Shown here: piece after piece, positions 57,066-64,000 of the stretch
How positions within the stretch are numbered: position 1 is the first letter of the stretch
Layout of the letters: every line of letters starts with the position of its first letter
Assembly (NCBI RefSeq): GCF_018350175.1
Contig: NC_058376.1
Span: 806,001-870,000 of the forward strand
DNA: 64,000 nt
Direction: 5' to 3'
From: Felis catus
Lineage: Eukaryota
The notes under the pieces: model-generated
Told to the model about the DNA's origin: nothing
The model's input: the letters and a program-made list of their open reading frames with translations, nothing else
Database searches by the model: none
Made by a program: the position numbers and the translations under genes

Positions 57066-57838
57066 CGAAGGATGGGGGCCTTGGGGACCCGCACACGAAT
57101 GTCTCCTGTGCTTTTGTGGGTTTGCTCTGGTTCTCCGGATCCTCCTCCTGGCTCCCTTGAAGTTGTCAGGCCTCTGCCCGAGTCCCTGGGTCACCCACCT
57201 ACCCTCTCCTGTTAGGAAGACGTCCAAATGCACGCCCTGCGTTTCCTCTCATGTTCCTCTCGCCTCCTAGACTTCGGTCATCAGATTTGGGAGTCGTGAA
57301 CAGCCTTTCTGTCTTCCCTCACCTGTCCTTCCACCCAGCTCTTCCCAGGCCGGCCCCGAGGCTGTCCTCGGGTTGGATTCATCTCCTCCTGGGAGGTGGG
57401 GGTCGGGTGGACAGAGGGCAGACGGTGCCGGTGGGGGCAGGAGAGGCCGTGGCCCACAGGCCGAGGGCGGGCTTGTCTGCCAGGGCCCCCGGGCGGGGTG
57501 AGCCCCGCCTGCCTCTCCTCTTTCTTACCGGGAGGCATCGTTGTCCTGAACGGGCACCAGGGAACCTGAACGAAGAGACCACTTTGCTTTGAGACAAGGG
57601 GCGGTGTGGCAAGGGCTGCAGGGGACGTTGGCCTTGGATTTGGGAAAGAGAGGCCGGCCACGCACTGCTGTCGCGTTCATGTCCTCTCTGCCCACCTGAG
57701 TGCACCTGCAGCCGGAGGGGCTGGTTCCCGGCAGGCTGGCAGCGTCCCCTGGAGTCCCCGGTCCCTCCTCTCTGCCTGAGGACGGTCCCCCGGAGACGGG
57801 AGCCCCACACCTGTCTCTGGAGACCTCTGCTTTGTCAA

Positions 57839-59979
57839 GTTGTCACCTGGGCTGCCGGTCCCCAGACCAGAAACCTGCCGGTCTGAAGGTGCCCAGCGCT
57901 GCCTCCCTCGGGTTTCACTTGCCCGAGTCCCTCCCCGGGATGCCCCGCATCTCTGACGCCGGCTCCCATGGACCGGGACGGGTCTGGTCTCCATCCCGGG
58001 GAACGCACGGGCTTTGGAGCGTTATTTGGCCCAGGGGCCTGTGAACCTTTCTGGCCCTGGGTCGTGAGGGATGCTCTCCCCTCTGCGGTGTGACCGTCCG
58101 GCCTTCTGCGTCTCCCGGCTTCTGTCTGGGCCACGGGGGGACCAGCCGTGTCCTGGCTGGCGTCAGGCTGTGGTGTCACAGCACAAACGGGGGTCTCCAC
58201 CCCGAGACCGTGCCCATTGTCACCGAAGGGGCCTCTTTTTTCCCACCTAATCTTTAATCCATTGTGATTTCAACATCAAAGGAGAAACAGTCTATTTCAA
58301 GCGACCACAGAGTACGAAAATGAATCTGTCCCGTCTGAAAAGTCGGTGCAGACCCGAAGGTATCTCTTGAGAGATTCCACTTGTAGGAAACCTCCAGAGT
58401 AAGTAACGGAACACGGAGAGAAAGCGGACTGGGGGTTCCCAGGGCCTGGCGGGGGCACGAATGGGGAGGGCGGGCTCCGGGTACACGGTGTCCCTCGGGG
58501 ACTGAGATACTCTGCACCAATATTCTGTGGCGTGGTTCACAGCGTCGTGAGTGTACCCAGCGCGCAGGAATTGCACAACGTAAAGTAAATAAAAATTTTA
58601 CTGAGGATTAATATGGATTATAAACCAACAGTGAAGAAATAAAGTCACAGCTAAAAAGAAGAGGAGAGAAAGGATAAGGGAGAAGAGGAAGAGACATTGT
58701 GGTAGGGTGTCAGGGTCGGGGATTGGAACAATTAGAAATAAAACAAACATCCCGTGTAGGCCCTCAGGCCCTTGATCAGTGGCTGGCATCCATGTGGGAG
58801 CAAGGGCGGTGGCAGGGGCAGGGAGAAGGGCGGTGGCAGGGGCGGGGGCAGGGGCAGGGAGAAGAGAGGTGGCAGGGGCGGGGAGAAGGGCGGTGGCAGG
58901 AACGGTGTTGGGAGCAGAAGCAGGAACAGTGGAAGCAGCAGGAGCAGAAGCAGGACCCAGCTGACTCTGCCCAGGTGCCCGCTGTCCCCGCACAGGTCCC
59001 AGGTCACCTGCCGGCTGCCGGGCCCCTGCAGGAGTCGCCCCAGGCGCCACCCCCGCCTCCAGAGCCGCCGAGGCCCCCGAGGCTGTTGGCTCGGGCTCTG
59101 GAGCCGCACCGGCTTCTGCTCCTGCCCCGGACTCTTGAGAAGGAAACAGAGTGATGGTTGCAGCGGCTCCAAGGGCTCAGGGTGACAGGAGAGAAGGTCC
59201 CCCCGCGCCGGCCTCTCCAGGGGCCTTGCAGACACACAACACACCCCAGGGCCTCCCGAGAAGCCGCGGCCAGGAACCCACACCAGGACCTCTGCCCCCC
59301 TGCGGCCCGCAGCCCCGGGGGCTCTCAGTCTCTGCTCCTGGCCCCACACCAGCCCCCGGGGGCTCCTCCCTGGGTGGCCCAGCACCGCCCGGGGCCCCAT
59401 GCACCCCATCCCCCACCCCCAGCCTTCTCACCCTCGGGCTCGGGCTCTGGGGGCTCCGGGTCCTGGTCCCAGGACCGCTGAGCCAGGACCCTGTGGAGGG
59501 GCCCGGGCGGTGAGGGAGGCCCTCCCAGGCCATCTCCAGGCCCTGCTTCCGGAGACCTCCGTGCGGCCACTCTCTCCCCGGGTCCAGGGTGGCCCTCCTG
59601 GGCGACGGGGCACACGCACACCTCTGTAGGGCAGGTGAATCGGGATCCCGACAGTCGCCTCCCGATTTCATCCGTTGATTTCTGTAAAGACAGTGACCCG
59701 CGGCCGGCCCGGAGGCATCACAGCCCCGCCCGGCCATCCTCAGTGTCCTTCCGCCCTCTCCCCCTGCGGCTCCCAGATCCGACACAGACCTGAGTGCGCA
59801 CAGCCCTGCGCCCGGGACACAGTGACATCCACCTGCAGGCTCGGGATGAATCTTGGGGACAAGAGGGCCACCCCAGCACACTCTGTCCCTCCCAGCCAGC
59901 CTTGACCTGGAGTGTGAGCATGGCCTGCCCACCAGGCATCTGACCCCTTCATCAGCCTGCACCTGCTCACGTGGGCCCT

Positions 59980-60015
<36 letters not shown>

Positions 60016-63000
60016 GAGGGGCCGTGGGGCCGCACAAGTCAGATCAGAGCGGTGTCGGGCTGGACCGACTGTCTCTGGGGCTCCCTGGGTTACCTTTGGC
60101 TCCCTGCGAGCTAGAGACCTGAGGCGTCCTGTGCACGACCTGACCCACTGTCTCCGGGGTCGGGGAGCGTCGCAGCCACGGGCTCCCCTGAGCCAGCAGC
60201 CGCGGGACACGGGCACACAACAGGAGAACATGTTCGTCAGGCGAAGGTGTCCCAACGAATGAGCCCAGTCGGGCGCTGTCTCCACAATGTGGGTGCCTGG
60301 TGACCCGGGTTCTGACTTCACTTGGGCTTTGTGACCAGAGAGGTGAGGTCACTGCCAGGTCACTGGGCTTTGTGACCAGAGAGGTGGGTCCCCTTACCCG
60401 TCTTCCTCCTCCTACAAGAGCCCCTCCCAGGCTGCGGAGGGCTCCCCTCCACCCCATGCCCTGTCCCTACAGTGACACCAACACAGCCCAGCCACATCCC
60501 CGCGAGGCCTGGTGCAGCCGGTGTGGCAGCTCTGGGGACACAGAGCTGGGTTCAGACCTGGGTTTTCCTCCTGACCAGTGCCGGGACCCCGCACAGACCC
60601 TGTGCCTCCCGGCGCCCCCCGGTCTCCCCGTCTGCACAGTGGGGTCCTTCTGGAATCCACTTCTAGGGACACCATCAGGGAGACACCTGTAGACTCGTCC
60701 CGTGCCTGCTACCCCATGAGGCTCGTGGGCACACGTGGCCGTGGAAAGATGAGGAAGGGGTGGGCCTGGCACGGAACACACTCACGCGGGCCTGGGTCTG
60801 CTCCGGGTCCAGGCACAGCCACCCCTCCTGCCTGGGTCCCGGGCCCGGGGGAAGGTGGAGGTGAGCTCGTTCAGACCCTGTGCCCACCCGACACGCCCCT
60901 CCAGGGGCTCCATCACATTTGGGCCCGGGTCCCAGCGCCTGGGCTGTGGCTCCCAGCCTTCCCGAATCCTGGTCACACATCCCTGTGTCACCCCCTCCCC
61001 TTCCGGGTGGACGGCCCGTGTGACCGCGTTCTAAGGGCTAGAAGACGATGACGGGCTGTCACTTCCAGGCCGATTCATGGAATTTCTGCTTTCCTCTCTC
61101 CGGGGTCCATTCTCTGTGTCTGCCTCGGACTCGGTCTGTCTCTGTGTGTCTCACAGGAGCAGGGCCTGTGGGCTCCAGGGTCCAGGTGACGACCCTCAGA
61201 AGCCTCCCTTGTGGCCCGTGTCCCTCCCCCGGCCCGGTGCTCAGCTCCCTCACGAGGCCTCCTCACCCCAGGCAGGGCACTGCCTGGGGAACCACTTCCT
61301 AATGAGGACCCGAGGCTCCAACAAGGAGGGTCTTCACCTCGGTCCCCACACCAGGGTCCACTGCTCGGCCACGTGCTGCAAACCCAGGACCTCGGTCCTC
61401 CAAGCCCCCAGGCTGCCCTCTGCTCAGAAGGACCTTGAGGGAGTAGGAAGCATTTTCCCAGGAGGGGAGAACAGAGGGTCAGGGATGAAGATCCCGGGAC
61501 ACAGACTCGTCTATGAGCCTGTGGGACCCTGGGGACACTGTCTACGCAGCCCAATTTACGGAGGAGGACGCTGAGTCCTTCTGTGCCCTAGCCCCGTCCA
61601 CACTTCCTACTTCCAGGTGCCCAGTGTGGTGGACACAGGACCCCAGACCCCGTCCTCCCCTAGTTCCCGCCAATCCCCCCAGACATCTTGGGGACCCCCC
61701 GGCCCTCAGCCGGCACATCTCCCCTCCCCATGCTGTGGGTCCCGGGCTATTGCCAGGAATCCTGATGTCCCTGCCCATGGCCCCACTGCCTCCAGCCTTT
61801 CTCTTCTTTCCCCCACGTTACCCACCCCCTCCCAGTGTGGACTCCCCTCTGACCCCCAGCGGGGCAGTCCGAGTGTGTGTGTGTGTGTGTGTGTGTGTGC
61901 ACCCGCCTGTCTGGAGATGCCCAGTGGTCACAGCCTCACACAGACGGGGTGGATAGGGACCCCCGAGCATCTCAGAGGGTCTCGTTCCCAGGGAGAACCC
62001 CACGGGGGGATAGAGGCTGGCCTAGGACTGGAGACCAGCCCTGCTCCTCAGACGCCGCACACCTCACTTGTCCTGGGCCAGTCCTTGCCTCTCCTGACCT
62101 CAGTGTCCCCACTGTCCCTGAGGGTCAGACGGGGAAGTGCATCAGCGTGGCCTTGACCCAGGCTGTCCTCCAGGGGTAGGTGGAGGGGAGGTGCCCCGGC
62201 TACACAGGCCTCCCTCCCCAGGGCCGGCCAGGTCTGTGTCGTGGCCAGGTGTGCCCAGGCACCTGCACTCAGCACCTGTAGATGATCCAGAGGTGACACT
62301 GATGTGCATGAATCCAATTGCTCCCCACCTGGCTGGTCCCCCATGTTTCCACCTCCGCCAACGGTTCTGGGACCCGAACCTCTCCTGCACCCCAGAACCA
62401 TGTCTGCCCCAGCCAGGCACACCTCAGGGTGCAAGGCCAGGTGGGTTGGACATCTGGGGACACGAAGGCCAGTGAATACACCCACCCCCACCCAGCTGGC
62501 CTGGACCGCAGACTCTACCCCAGGGTCCAGGTGCATGGACCCTGGGGCATGGCTGGGCCAGGGCTCCTGCAGGCAGCAGTGGAGGTCAACTCAGGGCAGG
62601 GAGAAGTCGGTCCGCCCCTTCCCCTTCTCCTTTCCTCCTTCTGCCTTGTCTTCCTGGCAGGACCTTGGACAGAGGTCCAGCCTGGGCCTGGCTGCAGCCC
62701 TGGGCAGAGTCAGAGGGTGGGAAGCGGCCTGGGGAGGCCTGGGGCCACCTCCAGGATGACCAAGCGTCAGGGGGCTACTTTAACTCGGCGCCCCCCGGGC
62801 ACTCAGTGATTTCAGCCCTTTGTATACATGAGCCGTGACCCCGGGACCGAGTCCCGGCCCCATCCTCACCCCCACGAGGCCCGCATCCTCCCCAGCCGAG
62901 GCCCTGTCGGTGGCCGGCCCTCCCTCCAGCCCCAACAAGTCCAGCTGCCCCAGAGGCTATACATCTTTCCAGGCTGGAGCCCCAGCAGCCGTAAGGGGCC

Positions 63001-63369
63001 TGGATCCGGGCCCTGGAGCCCCTCAGGGAGGACAGGTGAGACTAGGCAGGAGCCAGGAGAGGGCCCAGTGGAGTCTCCTTGAGGTCATGGCCTCCTGCTC
63101 AGCCCAGACCCTGTTGTCTGCTGACCCCTAGGGCACCTGGATCCCAGCTGCCGGGCAGGCCCGGGGACAGAGACCAGAATGTGGCTCCCGGTAGCTCACA
63201 GGTGTCCCTGTGTCCGGTAGCTACACCTGCCCTACCAGCTGGACTCCCTCCTGGTCGGCCAGCAATACCCCATGGCCAAGAAGAACAGGCCATCGTCAAG
63301 CTCTGAAAGAATGAGTGGCCAGATGGAAGGGGAAGGCTGGCTCTTGGCTCGGGGGGGGGGTTCCTGCCC
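57839..63369 (+). repeat. Third copy of arm plus spacer: direct repeat of 19306-23729, continuing as the reverse complement of spacer 25657 to about 24547
   Basis: Offset 38533, then 38525 after a (TG)4 contraction; matching ORF translations in the track. Confidence 0.95.
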
Positions 63370-63471
63370 GGGCTGGCGAGGGCTCCGGAGGTGGTATTCC
63401 AGCTCTCTGCTGCTCAGCCCTGTACCCCGAGACACCTGCCTCCCTTCTCTGGGTCTCACTCTCCTGCTCTG

Positions 63472-63601
63472 TGAAATGGATGATGCAGAGTGATCGCTCC
63501 CATGGCAGGAACAAGGCAGGTACCGGGGACTGATGGAGCACCCATTCAGAGCCCGGATCGCAGAACGCAGTGGGGAAGGGGAGAGGGAATGCCAGTGAGG
63601 T
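63472..63601 (+). repeat. Diverged direct copy of spacer segment 23744-23872
   Basis: TGAAATGGATGATGCAGAGTGATC...CCAGTGAGGT; about 12 differences in 130 nt. Confidence 0.85.
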
Positions 63602-63621
63602 CTTATAATTTACCTATTCCA
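63596..63621 (-). mobile_element. 5'-terminal 26 nt of the same LTR family
   Basis: TGAGGTCTTATAATTTACCTATTCCA versus TGAGGTCTTATAAACTGACCTATTACA at 17596-17622. Confidence 0.8.
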
Positions 63622-64000
63622 GTCTTCCTCCCTGTTTTTGTATTATTTTTCCTTCCCTTCCCCTATGTTCATCTGTTTTGTTTCTCAAATTCCACGTATG
63701 AGTTAAATCATTTGCTATTTGTCTTTCTCTGACTGACTTATTTTGCTTAATGTAATGCACTCTAGTTTTATACACATTGTTGCAAATGGCAGGATTTCAT
63801 TCTTTTTGATCTCCGAGTAATACTCCATTGTAAATAACCACATCTTCTTTATCCATTCATCCGTCGATGGACATTTGGGCTCTTTCCATCCTTTGGCTAT
63901 TGTCGACGGTGCTGCTATAAACATTGGGTGCACGTGGCCCTTCAAACAGCACACCTGTATCCTCTGGATAAATTCCTAGTAGTGCGATTCCTGGGTTGTA
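63622..64000 (-). mobile_element. Carnivore L1, right half of the split element (continues off the window)
   Basis: GTCTT then CCTCCCTGTTTTTGTATTATTTTTCCTTCCCTTCCCCTATGTTCATCTG...; continues the L1 3'UTR where 17030 stops. Confidence 0.88.

Overview
GC-rich mammalian DNA, probably from a feliform carnivore (SINEC_Fc-type tRNA-derived SINEs and carnivore L1 3' ends). The left 7.3 kb holds exons 1-15 of COL6A1 on the minus strand; the gene runs off the left edge. About 9.8 kb upstream of the COL6A1 ATG, a carnivore L1 3' end is split. Its two halves (16800-17030 and 63622-64000) rejoin across a 5-bp target-site duplication (GTCTC/GTCTT) that brackets the two termini of one minus-strand retroviral LTR. 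The 46.6 kb between them looks like imported cargo with four parts: (1) a near-perfect palindrome with 6.7-kb arms (17031-23729 / 25658-32356) and a 1.9-kb spacer, each arm ending in the LTR; (2) a defective gammaretrovirus-like provirus (tRNA-Gln PBS, deleted gag-pol-env, no 3' LTR); (3) a piece of the epididymal lipocalin cluster, with LCN8 carrying a nonsense codon, LCN6 intact and LCN10 cut after exon 1; (4) two further copies of the palindrome-arm sequence. In human these lipocalin genes are on a different chromosome from COL6A1. The main result is this LTR-bounded, repeat-flanked duplicative transposition. It needs long-read confirmation to exclude an assembly artefact. All alignments and identity estimates were made by eye.
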